37,099 nt of DNA from a virus (lineage: Duplodnaviria > Caudoviricetes): the IMG/VR virus record IMGVR_UViG_3300017716_002706, positions 1 through 37,099 of that record; one strand, given 5' to 3'. The notes under the pieces were generated by a model. The model saw only the letters and a program-made list of their open reading frames with translations. It was not told the DNA's origin and searched no databases. The position numbers and the translations under genes are program-made. Below, piece by piece: positions 7,253-16,615 of this stretch (its first letter is position 1; every line of letters starts with the position of its first letter).

Positions 7253-8830
7253 TTACGACATGGCTTCTTGAGCGTCGAAATCAGCGCCCACATTGGAGGG
7301 GACGCCAGTCTGGGTGGTGACGGCGAGTGTCATGATGTCCGGCACCGACCCCCGCAGGTTGTTGTAGAGCGGGAACAGGTCCAGCAGCTCGAATACCTGA
7401 AGACCAGAACCACCTGCGGGCAGCAGGAACTTCTTGATCCGCTCGCCGCCGGTGAACGATGTCGCCGACACGTCCCGTTCAGCAAACGAGTTGCCCGACC
7501 CCAGAGAGGACATGGCGACGAAGCTGGCACCCGTCAGGACGATGGGAGAGGTCGGGGTCGAGAAGAAAATCTCGCACTGCGCCAGAGCCGAGGACGACAC
7601 GATCAGGCGCTTGGGCAGAAGCTGACCGCGATTGATGAGGCCGATGGTGTAGTTCTGCCCCGCGACCGGCGCGACGGCCATGGCCCCGCCCGTGATGACG
7701 TCGGCAATGGTCAGCACGGTCGCCGTGTTCGACGTGATCCGGGCCACATAGCTGACGCCCGACACGATATAGTTGACGCACCGGCCCCGCCACTGGTTCA
7801 CGGTCCATGCAGCCGTTCCTGCCGTCAGCGAAGTCGTGGTTCCGGCCGTCGCCGCCGCTGTCGCCTGGGTGTATTCCTGCGTGCCCATGACCCTCATTCG
7901 GATCGACAGAACGGGGAAGCGATTCGTGGCAGCGGCGACCGTGCGGGTCGGCGTCCCGAGCGCCATGCCGTAGGTGTAGGTGAAGCCGCGTTGCTCATCG
8001 ATCCCGCCCTCAACCATGACCGACACACCGTAGTGGTTCATGTCATTGGCGAGCGCAGTCGTGCCCGTGTTCCGCTGTTCGTAGCGGACCGGCAGGTTGC
8101 CCGTGCGAGACCACGCCACGGTCTGCGATGCGCGGTTGCCGAACCCGACCTGATGCAGGATGACGGGCTCGCCATCGATGAAGATGCCCCAGCGGACAGC
8201 GCCCGCGCCATACCAGGCATATTCGACGAACAGCATCTGGATGCGGGTCCAGTCGATCGATGCCAGGATGCTGGGATCGCCCGACCATTCGGACAGCCCG
8301 CCCGGCGCGACCATTCGGAACCGCGTGTCGGTGACGACACCCGAGGTATCGGAACGGACGACGCAGGCCATGCCGAAGGGGTTTTCAGTCGTCGGTGCGG
8401 CTTGCTCGAAAAACACCCCGTTGGAGTCGTCGAAGAACCCGACGCGCTGGATCTGGTTCGCCTGCGCCGCGCCGAAGTTGACGGCCGTGGCCATGAACAT
8501 CGTCTTGCCGGGCTGATAGCGATGATACGGCCGCGACTGGCGGATGGTGATCGCGCCGGAAGTCGTCGGCAGCGTCATGCGGACAGCGCCCGCTCCAGGC
8601 TGATGGGTGATCGTGCCGCCGCTCGCGGTGAACTCCTCCCAGCGGAGCGGCTGTTTGCCGTATTCGAAATCCGCGTCGTAGACGTTCTTGTGGATCGAGA
8701 CCTTCCTCCGACCCACCACATCGGCGGACGCCGAACTTGACCGCGTAGGGACCGGGGCCAGGTCAGAAACCGAAGTCGGCGTCGGTCCCGCCCTGCGGCG
8801 GTCGGCGTCCTGCTTGTCGATAACGGGCAT
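7253..8830 (-). CDS. Virion structural protein, candidate tailspike/receptor-binding protein (525 aa)
   Basis: Thr/Gly-rich, beta-strand-like sequence; AAGGA RBS; sits between ejection and lysis genes, comparable to the P22 tailspike position. Confidence 0.6.
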   Translation of the reverse strand: MPVIDKQDADRRRAGPTPTSVSDLAPVPTRSSSASADVVGRRKVSIHKNVYDADFEYGKQPLRWEEFTASGGTITHQPGAGAVRMTLPTTSGAITIRQSRPYHRYQPGKTMFMATAVNFGAAQANQIQRVGFFDDSNGVFFEQAAPTTENPFGMACVVRSDTSGVVTDTRFRMVAPGGLSEWSGDPSILASIDWTRIQMLFVEYAWYGAGAVRWGIFIDGEPVILHQVGFGNRASQTVAWSRTGNLPVRYEQRNTGTTALANDMNHYGVSVMVEGGIDEQRGFTYTYGMALGTPTRTVAAATNRFPVLSIRMRVMGTQEYTQATAAATAGTTTSLTAGTAAWTVNQWRGRCVNYIVSGVSYVARITSNTATVLTIADVITGGAMAVAPVAGQNYTIGLINRGQLLPKRLIVSSSALAQCEIFFSTPTSPIVLTGASFVAMSSLGSGNSFAERDVSATSFTGGERIKKFLLPAGGSGLQVFELLDLFPLYNNLRGSVPDIMTLAVTTQTGVPSNVGADFDAQEAMS

Positions 8831-8865
8831 TGGTTAGTTTCCTTGCAGTGTGGTAAGGGGAGGGG

Positions 8866-9129
8866 ATGCGCTTTCCGCTGATCCCGGTCGTTTTGGCCGT
8901 AATCGTCGTGGCCCCGATGTTCGGGAACTACCCTGCCTTCATCATGGCGGCGGGTTTCTTCACTGCGTGGTCGGTGTGGCTGTCTGCCCGCCGTGAAGAA
9001 GAAGCAGAAGCCGTGATTGCAGAGCTTCGTAGACAGGCTGAAGCGCGGGGGTTCGAGCTGCCGCCGCCTGAAGGTCTGCCAAGGCTTGTCGAGCGGCTCC
9101 GGGCGTCGAGGCGCGGTAAGCGCGGTTGA
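8866..9129 (+). CDS. Small two-TM membrane protein antisense to the late operon (superinfection-exclusion candidate)
   Basis: GGGGAGGGG RBS; two hydrophobic segments then a charged tail; overlaps the 3' end of the 8960-11029 gene by 170 nt. Confidence 0.55.
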   Translation: MRFPLIPVVLAVIVVAPMFGNYPAFIMAAGFFTAWSVWLSARREEEAEAVIAELRRQAEARGFELPPPEGLPRLVERLRASRRGKRG

Positions 9130-11029
9130 GGAGGCCCTGCACGCCGCGTCCGTAGAGAGCGCCACCGCCGAACAGGCCTACCGTCGCGAGGGCCGGAATG
9201 ATTGGGCTGGCCCCGATCGCCGTCGCGCCGCCGCCGATCCCGCCGACCGCCAGAAGCGACCTGAACGGCGTTCCCGAGTCGGGAACCGTGCTGGGCAGGA
9301 CCGACGCGGCGTTGTCTGAAAGCCGCTGCAACAGCGCGTCGCCTTGGGCGTAGCGACGATTTCCCGCCGAACCGTCCGAGTTGCGAACAGCGCGGTTCAG
9401 ATCGCCCGGCGTGAAAATGCCGTCGCGCGCTGCCGTGCCGAGCCCTTGCCCCGCGTCGCGGACAGTCGCCAGCCCGGCGTTTGCGAGGTCAGCCTGACCG
9501 ACCGACTGACGCGCCAACGGGTCGGCGCGCTCAAGGGCATCCTGGAACGCTTGCCGCGTCTGGATCAGCTTGTCGGCCAAAAGGCGCTGTGCAGGGTTTG
9601 TGGCCGCTCCAGACTGCGCCGACCGGATGGCCGCGCCGATCTCGCTATCGAGCTGCTTCCACGTCTGCCCATCAACGCCTTGGCCGAAGCGGGCCATATA
9701 GTTGTTCAGCAGGCCGCCGAACCCGCTTTGAAGTTCCCGTGGCAGGGGGTCCTGCCGGGCGACGGCGGTCAATGCCGCGTCAAGTTGCGGATCGCGCGGG
9801 ACGCTCACGCCTTGAAGGGCGTTGTCATACGCACCCGAAACGACCCGCTGCGCCTCGGCCTGACCTTGGCGGCCGACGTTGCCGACCGTGCCAACGGGAC
9901 GAACGGCTTCGTTGATCGCGGCGGCGTTAAACGATTCCAGACCACGAACACGAGCGTCTCGGATTGCATCCCCAAGAATGGGAATCGAGGTCATGCCGTC
10001 TTCGATCCGACGTGCGGCCCCGCCCATCATCTGGCCGGGCGTCAGGTCAACACCGGCGGCCGAAAGCTGGCGTTGAGGCGATGGGTTCACTCGCATACGA
10101 CTTGCCGCTGCGCCCAGAACGTCGGCTCCCCGCTGGAATGCCGCGCCGCCGGTCGCGCCCAATGCAGCCTGAACGCCTGCCGCCTGTAGCCGGGTTTGCA
10201 GATCCCCGTCCGTGTTGCCCGCACCGAACAGCGTGCCATACGCCCCGCCAACGGCAGCGGCCCGGCCGACCCGACCGACAGCGTTTGCACCCCGACCGAT
10301 GAATGCCCCGCCAGGTGCCGCGAACGAAAGCCCAAATCCGGTCACCCCTCCCGCGTTCCGCTCGCCGCGATATTGGTTGTTCAGGCGGGCGGTTGTGTCA
10401 CGGTAGCGTTGACGCTCTTCGGAATAGGGGCGGCCGTTGAGCATCGCGCTGAGCCCGACCGCCGCTTCGTCTGCGAACGGAACCTGCTCCATGGCAGCCG
10501 AGGCAAACGCGCCCGCGCGGTCCAGATTGTTTGGCCGGCGCAGATAGGCGTTCCCGCTCAATGCCTCGTCGCCCGGGCGATTCTGGTCCGTATAGGCGTC
10601 GGTCGAAAGCTGATAGACCTCCTGACCGTTGCGAACCCATGCGCCCTTTTTGAGAAGGGGGACGTTGTCGGCATACAGGTTGCCGAGGTCGATAGGCGCG
10701 TCGCGGCTGCTGCCCTCAATCCCGGCCGGACCCTCCCCACGATAAGCCTGCATCTGCGGCGTATCTGCCGGGCCTCCGGGGATGACCGCAGCACGAAGGT
10801 CGTTCGGGTCGAAAGGATCGTCCAGGGGCGCGTTCTGAACCGGGCGCGGTCCTGATGCCGGAGCAGGGCGCGAGGGCGCTCCACGGGCCGGATTTCGGGC
10901 CTGCTGTGTCGGCGGGGCGAAGCTGAGGCCAGCCGGAAGCGGAGGCGCACCGCCCCCCGTCTGCGGCGGCGTGAAGCTCAGGCCGGGCGGCAGGGGCGGG
11001 GTCTGCTGATAGATCACTCGCGCACCCAT
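8960..11029 (-). CDS. Large internal virion/DNA ejection protein (P22 gp16-like position)
   Basis: Ala/Gly-rich helical protein with glycine-zipper hydrophobic segments and PPLPxGLSF twice at the N-terminus. True start may be the GTG at 11017 (GTGA coupling). Confidence 0.7.
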   Translation of the reverse strand: MGARVIYQQTPPLPPGLSFTPPQTGGGAPPLPAGLSFAPPTQQARNPARGAPSRPAPASGPRPVQNAPLDDPFDPNDLRAAVIPGGPADTPQMQAYRGEGPAGIEGSSRDAPIDLGNLYADNVPLLKKGAWVRNGQEVYQLSTDAYTDQNRPGDEALSGNAYLRRPNNLDRAGAFASAAMEQVPFADEAAVGLSAMLNGRPYSEERQRYRDTTARLNNQYRGERNAGGVTGFGLSFAAPGGAFIGRGANAVGRVGRAAAVGGAYGTLFGAGNTDGDLQTRLQAAGVQAALGATGGAAFQRGADVLGAAASRMRVNPSPQRQLSAAGVDLTPGQMMGGAARRIEDGMTSIPILGDAIRDARVRGLESFNAAAINEAVRPVGTVGNVGRQGQAEAQRVVSGAYDNALQGVSVPRDPQLDAALTAVARQDPLPRELQSGFGGLLNNYMARFGQGVDGQTWKQLDSEIGAAIRSAQSGAATNPAQRLLADKLIQTRQAFQDALERADPLARQSVGQADLANAGLATVRDAGQGLGTAARDGIFTPGDLNRAVRNSDGSAGNRRYAQGDALLQRLSDNAASVLPSTVPDSGTPFRSLLAVGGIGGGATAIGASPIIPALATVGLFGGGALYGRGVQGLLNRAYRASTPGAARQALADLQAAAARTPALQPVYEALQSRLLLLLHGGQTATPTTQ

Positions 11030-12312
11030 TGACCATTGCGGACGACGTAGCGATTGCCTTGGCCGTCAAAGGCGACCTGACCGCCTGCGGAGCCTTGCTG
11101 GCTGGGTGCGCTGGCCCGGTCTCGTTCGGCGCGCGCGCGGGCCAGCCGGATGCCTTCGGCCAGTGCCTGGGGGGTGTAGTTCACGTCAGCGCCTGACATC
11201 TGCTCGGCATATTTGCGCTCGCCCTCGGTCGGGTTTGCACCAAAGGACCGGATGACTTGCGCGACGACTTGTCGGGCCTCGTTCTGGAAGACCTGCGTCG
11301 CGGTGCTTTCCCGAACGGCCTGCGCGTTTCCGGTCGCCGCGAGGGCGCGCGATGCCATAAGCCGCTGATCCGCGCCGATGCCCGCGATGACATCGGGAAG
11401 CAGCGCCTCCATTCGGTCCAGTGAAGGCAGGAGCCTTTCAGCGGCCGAGGCACGGGTTTCGGCGGTGTCCTCGCGAGCGGCAAGGTTGGTTGCCGATGTG
11501 GTGGCGTAAGCCTGATCGGCCTCGGACTGGCCGTAGATCGGGCCGCTGCCGAGAATGTTCTCACGACTCGTGGTGATCGGACGACCGTCCGGTCCCTGCA
11601 CGGTCATCACATCGTAGGGCGCGCTTCCGCGTCCAGTGCCTCGCGCGGTGTTCTCGGCTTGGACCCCAGCATAGCTGGCGTCGCTGGCGTTTCGGGCGTC
11701 GTTGACGTTGCGCTCCCGGACGGCGAGCGACTCCACATAGCCCGGCAGGTTCTGGACTGATTGGACCTGACCATTGCGAATGGTCGGGGCCTGGCCCTCG
11801 CCCAGATTGGGCGCATAGACTGGCGCGCTGTTCGGATCTCGGCGATCGTAGCGGAAGCCTTGCTCGTAGGCGACTTCTGGACCAGCCCGGTCGAGAAGGC
11901 TGACATAATCCCCAATGTCGATCCCGGCCTGTTGCGCTGCGATCAGGGCCGGGGCCGCTTGCCGAAGCGTGGGGAGACCGCCGCCCATGCCGCCAGAGCC
12001 ACCCATGCCGCCTGGGGCCGACTGGCCGCCGCCGAACACGCCATTGAGCCGCGCCAACGCCTGCTGCCGGGCCTCAGCCTCTTGCGCTTCCTTCCGGCGA
12101 TCGGACAACCGTCCCGCCCGATTGACGCCGTCCATCTGTCCGGTGTCCTGCATCTGAGCACCGAACATCTGGAGGCGATCCACGAACCCGCCCGGCTGTT
12201 GGGCCTGCTGCGCGAAGTTGCGGAGGCCGCCGAACAGGCCCCGGCGCTGTGGCGCGGGCATCACTGGCAGCGCGTTAAGCTGCTGCTGATATTGGGCGAA
12301 CTGGCTCATCAA
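11014..12312 (-). CDS. Internal virion/DNA ejection protein (432 aa)
   Basis: Gln/Ala/Gly-rich; C-terminal GNRYVVRNGQW motif; located in the ejection module. Confidence 0.7.
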   Translation of the reverse strand: MMSQFAQYQQQLNALPVMPAPQRRGLFGGLRNFAQQAQQPGGFVDRLQMFGAQMQDTGQMDGVNRAGRLSDRRKEAQEAEARQQALARLNGVFGGGQSAPGGMGGSGGMGGGLPTLRQAAPALIAAQQAGIDIGDYVSLLDRAGPEVAYEQGFRYDRRDPNSAPVYAPNLGEGQAPTIRNGQVQSVQNLPGYVESLAVRERNVNDARNASDASYAGVQAENTARGTGRGSAPYDVMTVQGPDGRPITTSRENILGSGPIYGQSEADQAYATTSATNLAAREDTAETRASAAERLLPSLDRMEALLPDVIAGIGADQRLMASRALAATGNAQAVRESTATQVFQNEARQVVAQVIRSFGANPTEGERKYAEQMSGADVNYTPQALAEGIRLARARAERDRASAPSQQGSAGGQVAFDGQGNRYVVRNGQWVRE

Positions 12313-12695
12313 CGGCCCCCGTAAAGTGCCTGGAGCAGGGCTTGGATGTTGCCACCGCCGCCCTGTGTCGGGTTGAGTTGCGGCGCTTGCATCATCTGCA
12401 TCTGAGGCATCTGCGCGTGCTGGATCTGTTCCTGCTGCCCCGCCCTTTCCATCTGCTGGCCGAACGCGGCCAGCCGATCAGCGAAGCCCGGCCCGGCGGG
12501 GGCCTGATTCATGGCGTTAAGCTGCTGCTGCTGGCCTGCGAACATGCTCGGGGGCCGGTTGCCGCCGAACAACGAGCCGGGCGCGCTGTAGGGGCTGGCG
12601 AAGGGCTTCGGCGCATCGTTGAACCGGCCGAACTGGCTGGCGAAGGGCTTGGGAGCCCCGTTAAACTGGCTGAAACCGGGGTTGAAGGGGTTCAT
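12309..12695 (-). CDS. Low-complexity Q/G/F/P-rich protein (128 aa), partial paralog of the next gene's N-terminus
   Basis: ATGA coupling at its start and a 4-nt overlap with the next gene; internal 14-aa repeat; shares QQQLNA and GFxDRLxxFGxQM with 11014-12312. Confidence 0.7.
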   Translation of the reverse strand: MNPFNPGFSQFNGAPKPFASQFGRFNDAPKPFASPYSAPGSLFGGNRPPSMFAGQQQQLNAMNQAPAGPGFADRLAAFGQQMERAGQQEQIQHAQMPQMQMMQAPQLNPTQGGGGNIQALLQALYGGR

Positions 12696-14500
12696 GCGGC
12701 CATCTCCAGCTTGGCGTAATCGACCATAAGGAAGCCGCTTTCATGCGTGGCGACGGCGTCGGGGTCGGTCTCGCGGACCTCCTGTGCCATGACGCCCCGG
12801 TGAACCGTGCCGGGCTCATCCCAGAGATAGCGGAAGTCATACCAGCGCCGGCCCTTGGCATCGGTCCCGACCGGCTCGATGTCAGCCTTCAAGCGGCGAT
12901 CCGAGAACAAGGCCGCAAGGCTGGCCGCCGTCGATGCGCCTTGGCCGACCTGGGTGAGGAGTGACGGGGTTTGCGTGGTCGTCTGGTTGCCCGACTGCGT
13001 TCCGTTGCTGACGACCGCTTGGCCGATGAAGTTGTTCGGATTGACGCCCAGCAGCCCTTGCAGCATGGCGAGGCGCTGATATTCCTCGGCCATCTGGCGC
13101 TGCCGGATATCGCGCTGCTGCCCACCGAGTTCCGCCTGCATCCCGATGTTGGCACGGTTGTCCGCGCTCATCGTGGTCCCCAGATTGCCCAACAGACCCG
13201 CCGCCTGAAGCTGGCGCATCAGGGCGTTGTCCTGCTGGCCCGCGTTGAACTGGCTGCCCTGGTTGAGCGCCGCCGCATTGTTCTGGCTGTTCTGGTTGAA
13301 GGCGTTGGCCCCGAACTGCCCGGCCTGATCGGATCGGCCCGCAAAGTCCAGACCGGCGCGGTTGGCTGCGTCCGCTCTGAACTGGCCCGCCTGATCCGAA
13401 CGCCCTGCAAAGTCGAGCCCGGCCTGTTGAAACTGTTGTGCCAGAAGCGACCGGGCGTCGTTCGTCTGGCCCGCGTTGAATTGCGAGTTTTGTGCGTTGA
13501 GACCCGAGTTGAACTGCCCGGCGTCGTTCGCCGCGCCCGCACCGAACCGCGCCGCGTCGTTGCCTGCCGATTGGTTGGACAGAATCCCCGCTGATTGAAG
13601 CTGCGCCAGCAGTTGATTGCGCGAGGCATCCGCCTGGGCCTGCGCCAGAACGCCTTGGTTGGCCTGCCCCGCATTGAACTGCGAGACGTTGGCCTGACGA
13701 TCATTGTCGCCCGTAATGAGGCCCGCCGACGTGTTGAAGCCCTGCGATCGGATGTTGGCGAGAGACGATGCGCGAGCGCGGGAAAGCTCACCTTCGGTCA
13801 GTGCCGAGAGGACGGCGTTGTTCGAGTTTCGCACCCCGCCGTTGGATGCCTGCTGCGCCGCCTGCTGCGCCCGGATGCGCCCGTCATTGGCGTCGATGTC
13901 CGCCATCGTCGTGTCGGTGACGGCGGTCGTATAGGGGTTCTCATAGGCTGAGAAGTTCGCGTCCGTGAAGTTGCGCGCCGACGCCTGCGACATGGGGCCG
14001 ACCGTCGTCTGGCCGACCCGGAACGCGTTCGGATCGACCATCCCGGCTTGATAGCCCTGCGCCTGATAGCCTTGCGCGGAAGCCATCGACGGGTCGTAAC
14101 CTTGCGGCGAGACGGCTCCCGAAGGGGCATAGCCCTGCGTCTGGGCTTCAGCGGCAGGCCTGTATCCTGAAAACCGCGACAGTGCCGTGCCGTCGGTCGT
14201 GTTGGCCCCGGCCGTTCCCGCATTCAGGCCGAGCATTCCCGCAAGGTCAAAAACACTTGCACCGCCGCCGGTCATATTGCCGCCGATCCGGGGCTGGCCG
14301 AGGTTTGCCGCGCCCTGGAACGCCTGCTGTTGAAGCTCCGAAGGCCCGGCCACGAACGGCTGGCCGGAGTTCGCCAGATTGTTGACTTGGGCGTAGTAGT
14401 TTTCAGTCGGCTGCTGAATCCACGACGGGACGTCCGGCGTCGTTTTCGCGGTCTGATTACTTGTCTGGTTCGAGGTCGTCTTTGATTTGGAGGCGCTCAT
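12692..14500 (-). CDS. Ejection/pilot-type virion protein with C-terminal intramolecular chaperone (peptidase S74) domain (602 aa)
   Basis: MSASKSKTTS N-terminus; QFNAGQ-type 11/22-aa repeats; FSDRRLK...GVMAQEV...VDY at the C-terminus. Confidence 0.8.
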   Translation of the reverse strand: MSASKSKTTSNQTSNQTAKTTPDVPSWIQQPTENYYAQVNNLANSGQPFVAGPSELQQQAFQGAANLGQPRIGGNMTGGGASVFDLAGMLGLNAGTAGANTTDGTALSRFSGYRPAAEAQTQGYAPSGAVSPQGYDPSMASAQGYQAQGYQAGMVDPNAFRVGQTTVGPMSQASARNFTDANFSAYENPYTTAVTDTTMADIDANDGRIRAQQAAQQASNGGVRNSNNAVLSALTEGELSRARASSLANIRSQGFNTSAGLITGDNDRQANVSQFNAGQANQGVLAQAQADASRNQLLAQLQSAGILSNQSAGNDAARFGAGAANDAGQFNSGLNAQNSQFNAGQTNDARSLLAQQFQQAGLDFAGRSDQAGQFRADAANRAGLDFAGRSDQAGQFGANAFNQNSQNNAAALNQGSQFNAGQQDNALMRQLQAAGLLGNLGTTMSADNRANIGMQAELGGQQRDIRQRQMAEEYQRLAMLQGLLGVNPNNFIGQAVVSNGTQSGNQTTTQTPSLLTQVGQGASTAASLAALFSDRRLKADIEPVGTDAKGRRWYDFRYLWDEPGTVHRGVMAQEVRETDPDAVATHESGFLMVDYAKLEMAA

Positions 14501-14826
14501 AGAATCTTCTCCAGCACTCGCTCGAATCCGTAGGGTTTCAATGCGCGATCCCATCCAAGGCGACCGCTGATCGTGGCGCGGACGCATCCGACATCCCGGC
14601 CCCAGGATTCAACGAGGGGCCGCATTTCCATAAGCTCCGCGAGGTCACCGCCCCCGAGCCAGACGTGGATGCTGTCACCCACGATTTCAGTGACCATTGC
14701 GGACCTTTGACCGAGCCAGAGCTGGGCCTTGTTTGTGTCGATCCGCTCTTGAACTTCAGCCCAATCCTGACCCGCTGCGAGAGCCGGACGGAGTAGGGTT
14801 TCAACGCTCGCCGGTAACAACGGCAT
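14497..14826 (-). CDS. Small GNAT-like virion assembly protein (P22 gp14/T7 gp13-like position)
   Basis: IHVWLGGGDL...GCVRATISGRLGWDRALKPYGF pattern, common between nozzle and ejection genes in podophages. Confidence 0.65.
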   Translation of the reverse strand: MPLLPASVETLLRPALAAGQDWAEVQERIDTNKAQLWLGQRSAMVTEIVGDSIHVWLGGGDLAELMEMRPLVESWGRDVGCVRATISGRLGWDRALKPYGFERVLEKIL

Positions 14827-16615
14827 CGAATGTGGGTTTGCCCATCCGCCATGCTGAGGGAGAGGAAGAGCCGCTGAACTCAAAATCGAAGATCCGGCCC
14901 GAGACAAGGAAATCGACCTTGTTGGCGTTGGCCGCGATGACATACGGCCCCCATGTCGTTTCTTCATCTTGCGGATAGTCACGGGTGTAGATCGTCAGGT
15001 TGATCGCCCCGACCTGATCCTTGAAATCGGGCCACAGGCCTCGCAGCAGGGTCATTCGCTCCGCCGGGTCCATGTATTGCCCGCCCGACCGAAGCGAGGA
15101 CGCCAGAACGCCACCGTCCGCTGAGGAGCCGCGTTCGTGCCAGTAGATCGCGCCGCCGTAGGTCACGCCGACCGGGGATGGGCCGGGGTTGGAATCCACG
15201 AAGGCCGTCCGGGCGAGGTCATCACGCATCCACGCGCCATCGACCGTCGAAAGCCTGACCGCCCGGCTGTTCTCGTAGCCCTCGCGCCCATCGGCGTAGA
15301 ACCAGACCACCTCGCCCCGTTCCGCAACGGAGGCCGCGACGATCTTGTCATTCTGACCCGAGGCTGCATTGTCTGCGAAGTCCTCGCGGATCGGGCAGAC
15401 GAGAAGCTGAGGCGCGCTCCCCAAGGGGCAAGAATAGAACTGGAGGTCAGGCGAGACCCAATAGGCCGTCTGCCCCACCACGACCGCCGCGTTAGGGCCA
15501 CACAGCCCGCCCGACCCCGCCCGCTGAAACGACCAGCTATCGGTGAAGGTGCCGACGTGAAGCTCGCTGTCGGTCCAGACAAACAGATATTGACCGACAG
15601 ATCTCGCACCGACGATCCGGCCGTTGCCCTCAAGATAGAACTGCTGCGCCGTGCTCGAGGTCGAGATGGTCCAAGTCGTCGGGGAGAGGATGTCGCTGAT
15701 GCGGATGCAGGAGGGATTGAACAGCCCTCCCGTGTCGGTGCAGCCGAAGGCCATCACCTGACCCGTCCATGTTACCAAAATGGAGTTGGCGGCGGCCGGC
15801 GCACCGGAAAGAGCGGTTGCCGGGGCCGAGGTTACGTTCTCCCATTTGAAGATGCCCTGACCGCGCGGGTTGGCGTAGAGAACCCCCAGACGCGATCCAT
15901 ACGACCATGTCAGCGGGAAATAATCGACCGTCGAAGGCTCGCCGTAATCGCCCACGCCGTATGCGCCGGTTCCCCAGCCGACCGACCCGGTGCCGTCGAT
16001 CTGGCCGGTGATGAAACCCGACCCGCCCGAGAGCTTGCCGGAGCCCGAGACGGCGATGCCCGTGGCCGCTTCGGTCAGGACGATGAGGTTGCCCGCGACG
16101 CCCGCCGTGGTGGCCGTGACCGTGACGACTGCCGAAACCGCCGCCGAGGTCGCCGTTGCGGCGATGTCTGCATTGATGGCCGCGACGATGTTGGTGGCCT
16201 GGGTCGCATTGACGGCGCTGATCGTCACCTCACCCGCAGCCGAGCGGGAAGCTTTGAAGGTAAAGGTCTGCGTGCCGACGACGAAGGTCTCGTTTGCGAC
16301 CGGCGTTCCCGAGACGGTGATGGTCCCTGTCGCCGCGACTGAAACCGGCGTCACCACGGCCAGTTCGCCGTTTTGCCAGACCGTCAGATTGTTATGGCAG
16401 CCGAGCGCGAAGTTGAGGAGGTTGTCGGAATCCGACCAGCCCCATACCGTGCGACAGACGCCGCCAAGGGCCGTCAGCGTCAGGCTTTCCCAGCCCTTGA
16501 CGGTCTCGGGCTTTCCCCTCCAGAACCGGACGTTGGACCCGTCCCGCCATCCGCCCGTCGAAAAGTCCGTGTCGTCGGAGACCAGCCCCGGCGGCAGTTC
16601 AAGCGGGATCTTCAC
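14801..16615 (-). CDS. Tail nozzle/packaged-DNA stabilisation protein (P22 gp10/T7 gp12-like) with an inserted Thr/Ala-rich domain
   Basis: 604 aa; PPGLV...NVRF N-terminus; Trp-rich beta-propeller-like repeats; position in the tail module. Confidence 0.7.
   Translation of the reverse strand: MKIPLELPPGLVSDDTDFSTGGWRDGSNVRFWRGKPETVKGWESLTLTALGGVCRTVWGWSDSDNLLNFALGCHNNLTVWQNGELAVVTPVSVAATGTITVSGTPVANETFVVGTQTFTFKASRSAAGEVTISAVNATQATNIVAAINADIAATATSAAVSAVVTVTATTAGVAGNLIVLTEAATGIAVSGSGKLSGGSGFITGQIDGTGSVGWGTGAYGVGDYGEPSTVDYFPLTWSYGSRLGVLYANPRGQGIFKWENVTSAPATALSGAPAAANSILVTWTGQVMAFGCTDTGGLFNPSCIRISDILSPTTWTISTSSTAQQFYLEGNGRIVGARSVGQYLFVWTDSELHVGTFTDSWSFQRAGSGGLCGPNAAVVVGQTAYWVSPDLQFYSCPLGSAPQLLVCPIREDFADNAASGQNDKIVAASVAERGEVVWFYADGREGYENSRAVRLSTVDGAWMRDDLARTAFVDSNPGPSPVGVTYGGAIYWHERGSSADGGVLASSLRSGGQYMDPAERMTLLRGLWPDFKDQVGAINLTIYTRDYPQDEETTWGPYVIAANANKVDFLVSGRIFDFEFSGSSSPSAWRMGKPTFDAVVTGER

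Noticed and set aside
8960-14500. Tape measure protein of a long-tailed phage
   Set aside because: No tail tube, sheath, baseplate or frameshifted chaperone genes. The P22-like portal, adaptor and nozzle indicate ejection proteins of a short-tailed virion.
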